Of a DNA stretch of 52,844 nt, positions 36,096 through 49,230 are shown piece after piece. The first letter of the stretch is position 1. Every line of letters starts with the position of its first letter. The DNA comes from Octopus bimaculoides (lineage: Eukaryota): contig NC_068987.1 of NCBI RefSeq assembly GCF_001194135.2, positions 45,518,438 through 45,571,281 on the forward strand, given 5' to 3'. Under the pieces are notes generated by a model. That model was given only the letters and a program-made list of their open reading frames with translations, searched no databases and was not told the DNA's origin. A program made the position numbers and the translations under genes.

Positions 36096-38230
36096 TCTTC
36101 ACCTGCTACACTTCCATGTTGCTGAGGTGTGTGCAGCGTTGTGTGCATGAGCTTTTTTGGTTGGTGGGGGAGTACAAACTCTTCCTGGTATTATATTGCA
36201 TCAGTATGTTTTGTTATGAGGTTTGGCTGCAGCCTTTTGCTGTATTGATGTTTGTATTATGTGTTGTGTGAGCAATAAAAGTTGTGATCTTCTGTTAGGT
36301 ACCCATCTTGATGTGGAGGTTGTTTAATATTATTGCATATTTACAATATAGAGTGTGTCTTATGTTTGTGGATTGTTTTATTTCAGTTGTACTATTAAAT
36401 TGATAGTGCCTTGCATAGGATGCAGGCTGTCCATAGCAGGGTTTTTCTGATATATAGTCATAGCTTTTACATTTTTATTCAAATGCTTCTTTTTATCATA
36501 CTCTATTCTCCAGTTATTACTGGTATTGTTTTTACTTTCATGCCCCACACCTTGAATACTTCAGTTTCAAGATCTTTATACTATGACATTTTTCTCCCCT
36601 CTTTTTGGGCAATATTTTAGTTAGAAGGGACTGCAATGTCTATCAGTTAGAAGACTCTTTTTTTCAGTCTGTGATTATTATGCCTGCATGATAAGCTTTG
36701 ATTTCTTTGTCAGTTTGAACAGGAATATTCCAGATGATTGTGGCCTGGTTGTTGTCATATACCTTGTTTGACACACGTTTATACCATTTCTTGTTAGTTT
36801 TATGTTGTAATGTTGGCATATTGTCCAGTGGATATAGCTACTTACTCGATTATGTTTGTATATATATTCAGATTTGGCAAGGACTGGACAGCCAAAGATG
36901 ATGTGGTCAACTATCTCATTGTGCTGGTTGCACATTCTGCATTTGGTGTTAAAGCTTGTTTTTGTTATTTTACTTTGATGGTTGTTTGTGGTCAATAATT
37001 GGTCATGTGCAGTGAGAATCAGTCCTTCAGTTTCTGCTTTTAGTCCAGAGCTTTTGAACCATAGTTGGCTTTTATTTAGGCTCACTTCTTCTCTGTCAAG
37101 CCTTGCAAGGTATTGGCCATGGAGTGATTTTTCACCCCATTTCTTCTTTAGTCTGTATCACAGTTCTGTTTTCATGTTTTTTGTCTCTTTGACCATTTCT
37201 GCTATGTTGTCATCTGAGATCAGTGTATCAAAGTAGTTTGTTTCGATTTTGAATTTTGTTGCCTCCTTGTCTATAGAGAAAAGCATGTACTTCAGTTTTT
37301 TGTTTTGGTTTATTATATATAGCAATCTTTCACTTTTTGCTTCTATATATTTTTCTAGTCCAACCGTTGTTATTTCATAGTAGTTCTCTATCTGTATCAA
37401 ATTGCAACCTGCTTCTGAATGGAGTAGATATATTCTGACTGTGTTTGCTTTGGGGTTGTGACTTCAGTGTGCTGTTAATAGTTTTCTGGTTTTTCTAAGT
37501 TTCTCAATTCACTAAACTTTCAGTTTATTATGTTGAAGCTGTAATTTATGATTGGTATGGCTAGCATGTTTATCCTTATTATCTTATTTTTAGCATTGGG
37601 TTTAGTGTTTAATATTAGTCTAACTCTTCTGTAATATTCACTTCTAATTTCATTTCTGTCTGTTGTATTTTAGCTATTTTGTCTCTTCCTAGATACTTGC
37701 ATGGGTGATTGTAGTCTAATTCTCTGATTTCTGTGTCTATGTCAAGTGCAGTGTTTTCAGTGCTGATTAATTTGCCTCTTCTCAGTGTCACTTTGGCACA
37801 TTTGTGCAACTCCATGCACATCCTGATGTCCTTGCTGAAACTATTGACAATCTTTAGACGGCTTTTCTGCTCTGTGGTATTTTTAGTGAAAGTTTTTAAG
37901 TCATCCATTCATAGGAGATGATTTATACTTTGTCCATAGCATCTGTAATCCATAGGGGTTTCATTTAACAAGTTTGTTAGTGGGGTCAGAGCAAGGTAGA
38001 AAAGCAGGTGGGGACAATGAGTCTCTTTGGAAAAGTTCCTCTTATTATGAGTATAAGGCAGGTTTTAATGACTTGTGATTAATTTTTCAGTGTCATGCTG
38101 ACTTCCCAGTTTGCCTTTGCATGGCTGATATATTTTAGGGGTGTTGGAGCTGCTTTATTTGTGTGGAGAAACTCCAGTATCCATGAGTGTGGAACACTGT
38201 TGAATGCTTTCAGATAATCAAGCCAAGTCA
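36096..38230 (-). mobile_element. 5'-truncated R4/Dong-like retrotransposon with long 3' UTR
   Basis: FQRDSLSP, MDDLKTF, LKAETEGLILTAHDQLL, CRMCNQHNEIVDHIIFGC, endonuclease IDIAVP; 5' end abuts a trinucleotide tract at 38230-38345. Confidence 0.88.
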
Positions 38231-38981
38231 TGTTGAGGTTTGTCTTTCTTTATTGTTATTGTTATTGTTAATGTTGTTGTTGTTGCTGTTGTTGTTGTTG
38301 TTGTTGCTGTTGTTGTTGTTGTTGTTGCTGTTGTTATTATTATTATGCTGCTGCTCCGCATCTTTTCTGTACTGATAATGATTACTTCCTTCACTGTCCC
38401 CTTCCCCCCCCGGCTCATATTTATCATCAACCACCCCTCCATCTTTGTTCATCACTCACTACATCCACCCCCACTTCCATCTCTAACCCTAACCTTAATT
38501 CTCACACACATTTGTAATCCGCCCACATTTCCTGTTCCTCTGTCCTCACCCTCTCTTCTATTCCGCTTCTTTCCCCTGACACCTCACCACCATCGTTTTT
38601 ATCTCTCTTTCCTAGTCCTTCCTGATTACTCCTCTTCCATGGAATGCGAAGCAGTCATGTATCTCTGCTCCAGCAAGAAACATGTTCTTGTCCCTTCTTT
38701 CATACTTTATCCTCTCAACAGCATAAACCCACCTCCTTCACAACTACACTTCCATTCAGTCAGGAGGGATTTTTGTCTTGCACATAATATGGTGACTACA
38801 CAAGAGCTGCTACTTTGAAAGAACAGAGCAACCAGTACACACTTTAAAGTAGTTGGCCCTAGTAAGAGCAACCAGCTGTAGAGACTGTGCCAAAGTAGAC
38901 ATTGGAGCATGATGTTGTCCTCTGAACCAAACAAACCATAGCATAGAAGATGGAGATTATATGATGATGATTTATGTGTTT

Positions 38982-39027
<46 letters not shown>

Positions 39028-39753
39028 CACACCCGTGCACACACACACACATCCATACAGACATACATACATACACACACACACACACATATATATNNNN
39101 NNNNNNNNNNNNNNNNNNNNNNNNNNNNNNNNNNNNNNNNNNNNNNNNNNNNNNNNNNNNNNNNNNNNNNNNNNNNNNNNNNNNNNNNNNNNNNNNNNNN
39201 NNNNNNNNNNNNNNNNNNNNNNNNNNNNNNNNNNNNNNNNNNNNNNNNNNNNNNNNNNNNNNNNNNNNNNNNNNNNNNNNNNNNNNNNNNNNNNNNNNNN
39301 NNNNNNNNNNNNNNNNNNNNNNNNNNNNNNNNNNNNNNNNNNNNNNNNNNNNNNNNNNNNNNNNNNNNNNNNNNNNNNNNNNNNNNNNNNNNNNNNNNNN
39401 NNNNNNNNNNNNNNNNNNNNNNNNNNNNNNNNNNNNNNNNNNNNNNNNNNNNNNNNNNNNNNNNNNNNNNNNNNNNNNNNNNNNNNNNNNNNNNNNNNNN
39501 NNNNNNNNNNNNNNNNNNNNNNNNNNNNNNNNNNNNNNNNNNNNNNNNNNNNNNNNNNNNNNNNNNNNNNNNNNNNNNNNNNNNNNNNNNNNNNNNNNNN
39601 NNNNNNNNNNNNNNNNNNNNNNNNNNNNNNGTCTGTCTTCCATGCTGATATGGTTTCAACTGTTTTACATTCTTCCTTGCGCCAACCACTTTACCAAGTA
39701 TACTGGTATGTGTGTGTGTGTGTGAGTGTATGTGTGTGTGTGTGAGTGAGTGA

Positions 39754-39798
<45 letters not shown>

Positions 39799-40799
39799 CA
39801 ATGCATGCATACATACATGCATACATACAGCAAAAATCTTATAGTTTCTCCAAAGCAATGCTCAGGCTTTCTATCCATACACAAAACTGATACAAATTTT
39901 GCACGTTAACTTGCACAGCTTACTAATTCCTTATATGATACACAAAATCTACTAATCTCATCCAAGTCAGCAGCAAACTGCATGTAGTTCTACCTAAATG
40001 AAAAAATAACAACACTCCAATACATTTATCTTTATCATCAAAAAAAGCTACAATGATTGCAATTGAAAGCTTTTGTGGGTAATATTCTAAAGTGTGTCAA
40101 TGGTTTTTAAATACTAAAATTCATATGTGATGGGCTCAGAAAAAGATTTTCACTTTCAGGAGGCAATGATATATTTAGCTTGGAAGAAATTGACCCATTC
40201 TTGGACATCTGATCAAAGTGATCTTTTAAAGCAAATATTCTGTGATCTTGTTGAACAAATTGTCTCATATAATTTAGAAACAAGGATACTTCCTATAAAG
40301 GCTTTAAAAATAATCACATGAACGTTACACTTCACTTCTGTGTATGGTACAATTGAATCTTATGAAAGGAAAAGTCATTCAATACTCAATTAAATCCATG
40401 GAACTTTATCACTCGCCTCACAAAAATGTGTGGCATTGTAGAATATAATTTGATATACTCTGCTTTGGAGCAAAAGATGTGCTAGCGTTGTCATTTGTTC
40501 ATTGGAGAATTCAGACAGTTGGTGGGGAAAGTAACAAGCACTACTGTCTCCTAGCTAGATGTCATCATCAGATATGAAGAGCTAGGCCTTGGGTAGTGAT
40601 GTAGGATTATGAATTCTGGGAAATTTTGAGGTGTGTTTTGACTGAGTTCACCAAGTGATGATGATGATAATGGTGACAATGATGATATATGCACGCACAC
40701 ACACAGTTGTCTGTCCAGTGATTGCTGAATTTGCCTCTCCATTTATGCAATGAACCAACAACTTCATGAGACAATAATATTATACAAATAATAATAATA

Positions 40800-41005
40800 A
40801 TCCTTTTTACTATAGGCACAAGGCCTGAAATGTTTGGGGAAGGGGCTTGTCGATAACAACAACCCTGATACTTTATTTTATTGATCCTGAAAGGATGAAT
40901 GACAAAGTCAACCTCACTGGAATTTGAACTCAAAATGTAAAGGCAGACGAAATGCCTCTAAACATTTTGTCTGACATACTAATGATTCTGCCAGCTCACT
41001 GCCTC
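40800..41005 (-). mobile_element. tRNA-derived SINE family A, full-length
   Basis: Reverse complement: GGCAGTGAGCTGGCAGAATC..GAGTTCAAATTCC..TTGTCATTCATCCTTTCAGGATCAATAAAAT..CAGGCCTTGTGCC, then a (TTA)n tail. Confidence 0.8.
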
Positions 41006-41039
41006 TCTCACTCAATAGCAATAATAATAATTAACCACT

Positions 41040-41450
41040 TCTCCTCCATCTCACTTTCCTTAAAACAGTTGAAAGTTTGATTGAAGAAGAAAGTGTCTTT
41101 CCTCTATCCTTTCAGCCTTGTCCATCCACCACACAACCTCTTTCACCATAATCACTAGACAGAGGAAGACTGCCTGCTGTCTTGTTAAAGGATGGTGGTC
41201 GGATGATTCTCATGATGGATTCAGCCAGGAGTCAGATTTGTCCAACACATGATAACAGCTGTTTGACATAACTTCATATGTCAGCAATACTCATACTCTG
41301 CCCAAGTGCATGCAGAATGGTATTGTCAGCTCAGATAATCCTGCCTGACAGTGCTTCCATACTTGTAGAGTTTATCTGGGCAAGGAAGCTGTCAGATGGG
41401 ACTGTCTGAGATGTGCACAGAGTGATGTAACCATTCTGAGTGCACTTGTG
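41040..41450 (-). mobile_element. Tx1/L1-like LINE, 3' fragment
   Basis: TILHALGQ..YVKQLLS..AESIMRI..AVFLCLVIMVKEVVWW; homologous to 19900-20520. Confidence 0.6.
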
Positions 41451-41496
41451 CAGTGTCCAAGTATTGCTGATTAGTGGTGCTAATGCTAATAATGGT

Positions 41497-41880
41497 GGAG
41501 GCGCAATGGCCCAGTGGTTAGGGCAGCGGACTCGCGGTCATAGGATCGCGGTTTCGATTCCCAGACCGGGCGTTGTGAGTGCTTATTGAACGAAAACACC
41601 TAAAAGCTCCACGAGGCTCCGGCGAGGGATGGTGGCGAACCCTGCTGTACTCTTTCACCACAACTTTCTCTCACTCTTACTTCCTGTTTCTGTTGTGCCT
41701 GTAATTCAAAGAGTCAGCCTTGTTACATTCTGTGTCACACTGAATATCCCCGAGAACTACGTTAAGGGTACACGTGTCTGTGGAGTGCTCAGCCACTTAC
41801 ATGTTAATTTCATGAGCAGGCTGTTCCATTGATCGGATCAACTGGAACCCTCGACGTCGTAAGTGACGGAGTGCCAACAA
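41497..41880 (+). mobile_element. tRNA(Arg)-derived SINE with (AAT/AAC)n tail
   Basis: GGAGGCGCAATGGCCCAGTGGTTAGGGCAGCGGACTCGCGG; A-box 41507-41517; TCG at the anticodon position; B-box GGTTTCGATTCC 41550-41561; ~300-bp body. Resembles described octopus tRNA-Arg (OR-type) SINEs. Confidence 0.85.
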
Positions 41881-41959
41881 CTAATAATGATAATGATAAT
41901 AAATAACAACAACAACAACAACAACAACAATAATAATAACACACACACACACACACACA

Positions 41960-42185
41960 TGTGTAATAATATCCCACATAACCATGGACAGCTAACTTCA
42001 GTTGGCTCACGAGATGCCTACTAGCCCTAGCTTCTGCGCTGCTCTATTAACCTCTGGTAAGTTGGCAAACTTCCTCTCCTGAGCATCTTCCAAGTATTCT
42101 TTCCAGGGAACTGTTAGTTCCCACATGACCCTCCCCACTGCTTGATGAAATTTGAGATCATTATTCCTGGGCAGAGTTGGTATGA
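41960..42185 (-). mobile_element. Hero-like non-LTR retrotransposon, endonuclease fragment
   Basis: WELTVPWKEYLEDAQERKFA then a frameshifted EPTEVSC..GYVG, resembling the ELTVPWE...EVGCRG RLE signature. Confidence 0.6.
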
Positions 42186-42495
42186 TGTGTCCTAGAAACA
42201 TAGATACATACATACATGTATGTATGTATGTATGTATGTATGCATGTGCGTGTGTGTGCTTGTGTGTGTGTATGTTCTCTTTCTCTTTTTGATCTTAGAG
42301 TAAATTTTGACCAGCCACCTACTTGGTAGCAAGGTTGTGAAGGAAAATATTTTCTTTTAACCATCATCATTTAAACCTTAAGAAAGTCTTGCAGATTTTT
42401 ATAGCCCCAGATATCATGAATTAAAGATTTGAATTAAAGCTTTGCATTCTTTCCCCAAGATCCCAAGTTTAGCCATACTTTGTAACACATGGGCT

Positions 42496-42529
<34 letters not shown>

Positions 42530-42872
42530 TGTATGTATGTATGTACGTGTGTGTATGTGTGTGTGTGTGTATACTGGATGAACCATTTTAATTAAGTTAT
42601 GTAAAACCCTATCAGTTACTTTTGCCCTTGATCTTGTGAACCTTCTTTTCAATTTTGGTCTTGTTGACTTTTGGTCATATCACCTTTCCCATCTGAGGGA
42701 TTTTGTCTCCTTTTTGAGAATAGAATAGAAACATCTGCTATTTGATGCCTCTCTGAACTACAGAAACCATTTCAGTTTCCTTTGAAGCTTCTTTGATTTG
42801 TATTTGACATCTGAATGCCTGATGAGACAATTGAACCCAAAAATTATTGATAAAAATTATTGAATAAAACTA

Positions 42873-42943
<71 letters not shown>

Positions 42944-43108
42944 GATGAGACAGATCTTTTACAGCTGGATACCCTTCCTGTTGCCAACCCTCACCTATTT
43001 CCAGGTAAAGTAATATTTCCCCATGGCCAGGCATGATTTTCATGGAGGGCTAGAAATGAATGACATAGTGATACTCATTTACAACCGTTACACAATGTCA
43101 AGACACAG

Positions 43109-43164
<56 letters not shown>

Positions 43165-43170
<6 letters not shown>

Positions 43171-43330
43171 CAAACTTCTTTCAGGTTCTATCTACCAAAT
43201 CCACTCACAAGGCTTTGATTGTGTTGGGGCTATGTTTGAAGTCACTTTCCCAAACTGTTGCACAGTAGGACTGAACCCATGACCACACGATTGGGGATCA
43301 AGCTTCTTAACAACACAACCACACCTGTAC
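43165..43330 (-). mobile_element. tRNA-derived SINE family B, head region
   Basis: Homologous to 23995-24150. Confidence 0.7.
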
Positions 43331-44073
43331 CTATCAATGATATCCACAATTAAAGTTGAGTATAAGTGAGGTTAGTCATGAGTGAGTTTGAACACGAGTG
43401 TTACCAGCCATAAGGGAGACTATGAGAATGAGTGTAGGTTGACCACATGTGTAGGGCTTCCAATAGGTGTTGGTGATTATGGTCATTAGTATTGAGTGGT
43501 TATGGACATGACATTGAGTGAAAGGAGGACAATAATAAGAAGAGTGTAGCTAAATATGAGTGGTGTAAGTGAGTGTACGTGATAGTGTAATAGTTAAGAT
43601 AGCGCGCTAAACTGGCTAAATGGATAAATAGGTAGGTAAATAGACAGGAGGCTTTTTTTGTATAGGGTACATACATATAAGTAGGGTAAAGTATAAATAA
43701 AGAAACACAGCCCTACCTCCACACATTCAAAGTAATCCTTAGGGATTTTGTGGTCAGTTTAGCTCAAACTCCTTTATGATACGCTGTATGTTTTGAGTAT
43801 AGCAAATCTTCTGAATGGTTTCTATGATGTAAGTGCTTACACATACACACACGCACACACACACACACACACATACATACACATATACGCACTCACACAC
43901 ACACTCACATACAGACATTTATAGCATAAACTGTGTCCTTTTTAACCCTGTGTGACCCATAGCCAAACTTGTCTGTCAACTTCCCACAGTGAGTGCTGAC
44001 AACTTTCTTCAGTAACGTTGTCCCTTTGTCATAGATATCTGTGGTAAACTGGTAGAACCTGTTGGTAGTGGTA

Positions 44074-44118
<45 letters not shown>

Positions 44119-44258
44119 TGGAGCTGACAGTTTATTTGTATGTCTGTTGGTGAATTTTGTAGTGTATGCAGGTGATTTTATGTTGTGTTGTATGTATGTG
44201 TGTGTGTATGTGTGTGTTTGTATATTGAGTTAGTGTGTATGTCTCTCTCTACCCCTCC

Positions 44259-44305
<47 letters not shown>

Positions 44306-45599
44306 AGGAAGTTCTGCTGTCATATGATTACAGCAACTGAACAGTACCATTGTTTGAAGAATGATTGAAGATGGGTGTTAGAAAGATTAGAGGAAACTTG
44401 ATGGACAAAATGGAGCAGGGCCTAGCATAGCCATATTTCATCCCCTTTGTGCTGCAAGTTACCACCCCATTTCCTTGGAACCTCTTCCTCTAACATTCAT
44501 CACTCATTCTTATTATCATCCCTTCCTAATTAATTTTCTGCTATCTCTCCATTCTGAACCTTCAGGTATCTCTCCCTCTTCTCTGAGTTTCATTTTAGGA
44601 CTGCCTTACCTTATCTTTAAATACCTCTTATATCTGTTATCACTCTCAATACTCTCACGTATCTGCTGTCACTAGCAGCTCCCACATTTGTCTCCCCACC
44701 CCACCACTTACTGTAGCCACCTTTAAGTATCTCTGACATCCATCTCTGTCCCTGTACATCACACACACACTCTCTCTCTCTTCTCTCCACTCTCCTACAT
44801 TGCACATTATCTCCTTACTGCTGTACTCCAACCTTCCTGTACTGTTACTAATTGCCTCTTCCTTCCTGAACCTTTTCTTTTATCTTCTCCACCATACTGA
44901 TATTACCATTCACTACACTTCCATCCTTGTATATCATTCACCACATTAACCTCTACTCCTATCAATAACCACCTGTCTCCCCTCACACTCTTACAAACTT
45001 ATCCACCCACATCTCTCCATCCTCAGCCCATATTTTCTGTTATACACCTTCCTATACCATGAAGATATGCTCTGGCACCTTGTCATTAACACCTCTGTCT
45101 CTATTCCAGTTATTCCTACCACTCCTATATAGCATGTGGTAGCCATGTATCTCTTTTACAGAAAGACACTTGTGTTTGACCTCCTCTCAACATCTGACAA
45201 AAAACCCCTTTCTTCTCTGCTACAATCCCACCCAGCTGAGTGAGGATACTTTTTATTTGTTTTCTGAGTTACTTGGTAACTTCACTGGTAGTAGTGTCAT
45301 GGAAAAGTGCTCAGTACATTCCATAATGATATTAGCATTCGGAAGAACACCAAGTCATAAAAACCACACCAAAACAGACACTGGCACTTAAAGCAGCCTT
45401 CCAGCTCATTGTATCCTCTCAAACCATCCAACTCATCTACCATGGAAGATGGACATGCTCACTCTCACTCTTTCTCTCTAGTTGACATGTAGCTGCCATT
45501 AGCGTCTTTCTCCTATTAATGTCTCTTACCCATTGTACCCAGCTATTACTGTCTCCCTTTCATTAATCAACCTAGTCTCTCCCATTTCTCTCTTTCCTT

Positions 45600-47899
45600 T
45601 TCTACTCACTCACCCAAACCACTCTGTGATGTATAAAATGTATAAGTTGTGCAGTTTACATCATGAAGAAGACTTTTTGAATGTAGCAGAGCATTGATTG
45701 TTTGGGTATGCAGTTTAGACCTATTCTTGACTTTAATGTTATTTAGGAGTGAAAATATTCTCTTGGCTGCAGCTGAAGAATATGGTAATGATAAGAGATG
45801 AAACATAAAGCATGATAAGACTGGATAACGAGCTTCATCTCTACATTTTTACTTAGAAATTTTATACCAATAATCTTCTGATTTGGTAGCTTCAGTTATG
45901 TCATTGTTATCTTGAAGTTTAAGTTCTCTCCATTCTTTCTTAAGAGCTTCAATCTGACTCTCCTGAATGATATTTGGAAATTTGCATGCCAGAGGAACAA
46001 TTGAACTTGGACCATTGCAATCACGAATACTAATTGGGTTTAGTGCCTCTACAAGCTTCAGATTACGGATGAAATCATGTGCAAAGAAGCGCTGAAAAAA
46101 TTCCTTCCCAAGGTGCACATTGCTTTCCACTTTTGCTCCTCTGTAAATTTCAGTTATGGGAAGATACACTGATGGATGATTGATGTTAATTTCATGTAGC
46201 TTTTTATTTTTTACAATTTCTTTTTTAACAAAATTGCCAAGTATCCCTTTAACAGTACATGTTATAGATTTGTGCAGTTTTTGCATTCTGTAGCTTTCTG
46301 ACTGGAAATCTAAGTTCAACTTAATAATATCTGGCAAAATATATGCTAAAAATGCATAATACATCTCTGTGATTGGATTTGTTAATGAGTTCAGCACATT
46401 TGAAGCTGCACAGTTGTTATCTTCAATAGCAGCGGTAATAAAGAATAATACTAGAGCAAGTCACTATTCCAGTATTCTTTTGACAACTTGTTCTAAAGAT
46501 AGCCACCTTGTACAACTTACATAATTTATGAGGATTTGTTTGAGTAAATGCCTGAAATTCTTCATATTTCTGAAGTCTCTCTGGGCTATTTGCGAGGAAT
46601 GAATGTATGCTTCTAGCAAGTTCTGTAAATGAAGGTAATTCTGAACATACCTTTGATGCAAAGATATGCATAGAGTGACAGACACAACCCTGAATAAAAA
46701 GAGAGGGAACTTTGTTCTTTAGTAATGCCTGCACACTTTCCTTCTGTCCTATCATTACACTAGCAAATTCTATCAAGTTTTCAAAAGAAATATCATGTAA
46801 GTTGAAGAATCTTTCAATAAAGGGAAAAATTCCATTAGTAGAACAATCCATGGCTTCCAAAAGAATTAAATAACTATCAATAATTTTTTGAGTGCTACAA
46901 TCATAAAATCTAGCTAACAGAACAAGCTGGTTTTTTTTTTGTATTTACATCAGTAGTTTCATCAACAATTAACAAAAACTTGCACTCTTTTAACTGTTTA
47001 ATGAAGTTTTCAAAGTAATAAGGGCCTAAAACATTTTTATATATTTGAGTAGTTTTGGTTCTTGCACATTTAATATCGTTAGCTATTTTGGAATCAGAAC
47101 ATGCATTCTGAATTAGTCCAGGTAAATGATCCATAAGTCTCACTGGTAAGTTATGTTGTGCAATGAAGGAACAAAGCTTAAGCTTCACAGCTGCTACAGA
47201 AGTTGTAGGACACAAAAAGTTTGTCAGTTTTCCACATTAATTTTCTGAATTAACATTTTTAATATGTTTATCCATTTTTCTGTGCCTCTCCAGAGAGTTA
47301 CACTGCCTTGAATTTCATGACAAAATTTATAGTATGCTCTTTCAATATTTGTTTTACTTGGTTCTAACCATGATGAAAATTGAGAATCCAATAAAAGTTT
47401 GTTCAAATATTTATGATTATATTGTTTAATTCTTTACTTTGGTGGAGTTAAACCCAAGTCAATTTCATCACTGCTTTTGTCTTTCATATTCTTGCTCATC
47501 ATGAGGGTTATAAATCACTTGTAATCGATAAAAGTTTAACGAGATTGTAAGGAAGCACTTGTTACTTATGTATAAAACATGCTACAGACTGGCATTAGAG
47601 GTGGCAAGCCGGCGATATTGGATGGTATGTATGATACATGTATTGAACACATTCTATACCAACTAGCTACTAATTAGCTATAAACTGCTGCATGACAAAA
47701 TGTCGCAAAATATATTTTGATATAAAATAGTTAATCCAATAGTAATGTAATGTATTTATTGTTACATTGTTCACTTACATACTCTGTAAACTTATTTTTT
47801 TTACATAAAGTGAAAAAATTAGAAAAAAGTACCAAATTATTGCAGCATTGTATCAAAAGTACCAAATTTGATACAATAGTACCAAGTTTGGCAAGCTTG
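45600..47899 (-). mobile_element. Decayed autonomous hAT transposon
   Basis: Colinear broken ORFs: SSWLEP..AYYKFC (BED-like), LIVDETTD, GCVCHS, LSLPYSSAAAKRIFS (dimerization domain). 5' end CAAGCTTGCCAAAC with three subterminal (A/T)AGTACCAA repeats at 47828-47886. Confidence 0.88.
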
Positions 47900-49230
47900 C
47901 CCTGAATTCTTCACTGTACTCATTGCCAATCCTCAGTTTACTGGTAGCGTCCCTCTCACCAACCACTCGTCTATCCCTAGTTTCCACATTGACCACCAGA
48001 TAAGGGATCAGGGGACCCTGTCAAAGGCTTTCTCCAAGCCAACAAAAGCCAAGTGCAGAGGTTTATCTTTGGCTACATATTTCTCCTGCCATGGCCTTAC
48101 CAGAGATATAGCATCAGTGGTGCTTCTCTCTGACACAAAACCAAACTACATCTCATCTAAACTTACTCTCTCCCTAATTAGTTGGGCTATGACCCTCTCC
48201 GTGACTTTCATTACCTGGTCCAACAACTTGATACCTCTGTAATTATTTCTGTCTAAGGCATCACCTTTACTTTTGTAGCAGTTGACTATGGTGCTGCTAT
48301 ACCAGTCATTGGGTATGACTCCTATGTGAACCACCTGATTTACAATATGGGTGACTAGACCATAACCCACACCACCAGATATTTTAAGCATCTCAGCTGT
48401 GATACTCAATGGGCCAGGGGCTTTTCCTGTCTTCATATCCTTAATTGCTTTATCTACCAAGGTACTGTTGATTCAGATAGCTGGTCTGTCAATTGAGTCA
48501 ACATTTGGCAGACTCTCCTCCTCCCATTCATTCTCCATGTTCAGCAGTCTTTCATAATGGCATTTCCAAGCCCCTTTCATTACAGAATCATTAAAAGCAA
48601 GTGCACCATAATCCGTGTGGACACATTTCTCTTCTATGACATCACAATTTTCTCTCACACACTGTCTTGCAATCTGAAATGCTTCAAGTCTTTGGTCTTC
48701 ATGTTGCTGAACATAGGCAAACTTCTTCTTTTCTGCTTCTCCCTTGGCTAGATATACCAGTCTCCTAGCTTCCCTTCTGGGTATCTGATACAGTTCTCTG
48801 CTACCCCCCCCCACCACCACTCTTCCAGGCTTGTTTCTTTGCTTTAATGGCCCTGTCTACAACATCGTTCCACCACCATGTCACTTTAGGTCTGGATGGG
48901 ACTTTGCACCAGCCACAGATTTGATCTGTGGCACTCAGCAAGGAATTTCCAGTTGCCCTCTATGTCACAAGCCCATAGCTCTTCCTCCTTCTCATCAAAT
49001 TTCTCAATTAGGATGTCCCTAAATCTATAACCATATGAAGGGTCCTTAAGCTTCCAAATCCTTCTTTTCCAGATTGGTCTGCTTCTTGGCATCCTTCTGG
49101 CTTGGAGTCTAAAGTCACTAATATGTATATATATATATTGTATATATACAATAATTTCGCTTGGCTCAACAGGTCTTCTCAACCACAGTTTATTGCCCAA
49201 TGATTGAAGGGCACTCTTAAATGGGCTGAT
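47900..49230 (-). mobile_element. RTE LINE, linker and RT N-terminal fragment
   Basis: MKTGKAPGP..NNYRGIKLLDQVMKVTERVI..DEM(Q)FGF..LAFVGLEKAFDRVP. Confidence 0.88.

Noticed and set aside
38707-39090. Hydrophobic, Cys-containing ORF as a possible exon of another tetraspanin
   Set aside because: No tetraspanin motif or convincing splice pair, and the ORF starts in a (TG)n repeat.
41497-41575. tRNA-Arg(UCG) gene
   Set aside because: No convincing 7-bp acceptor stem or poly-T terminator, and it continues into a SINE body and tail.
42819-42825. CTGATGA motif; also similar hits at 6124, 21728 and minus-strand hits near 2477, 25027 and 40565
   Set aside because: No properly placed GAAA with stems I-III. 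Most lie inside transposase, LINE or SINE sequence.
42300-42830. Coding-looking segment interrupted by (TATG)n
   Set aside because: It could not be assigned to any family and has stops in the frames examined.
45606-47406. Domesticated ZBED-like host gene
   Set aside because: Multiple frameshifts and stops, no splice structure, and a retained TIR-like end indicate a dead transposon.
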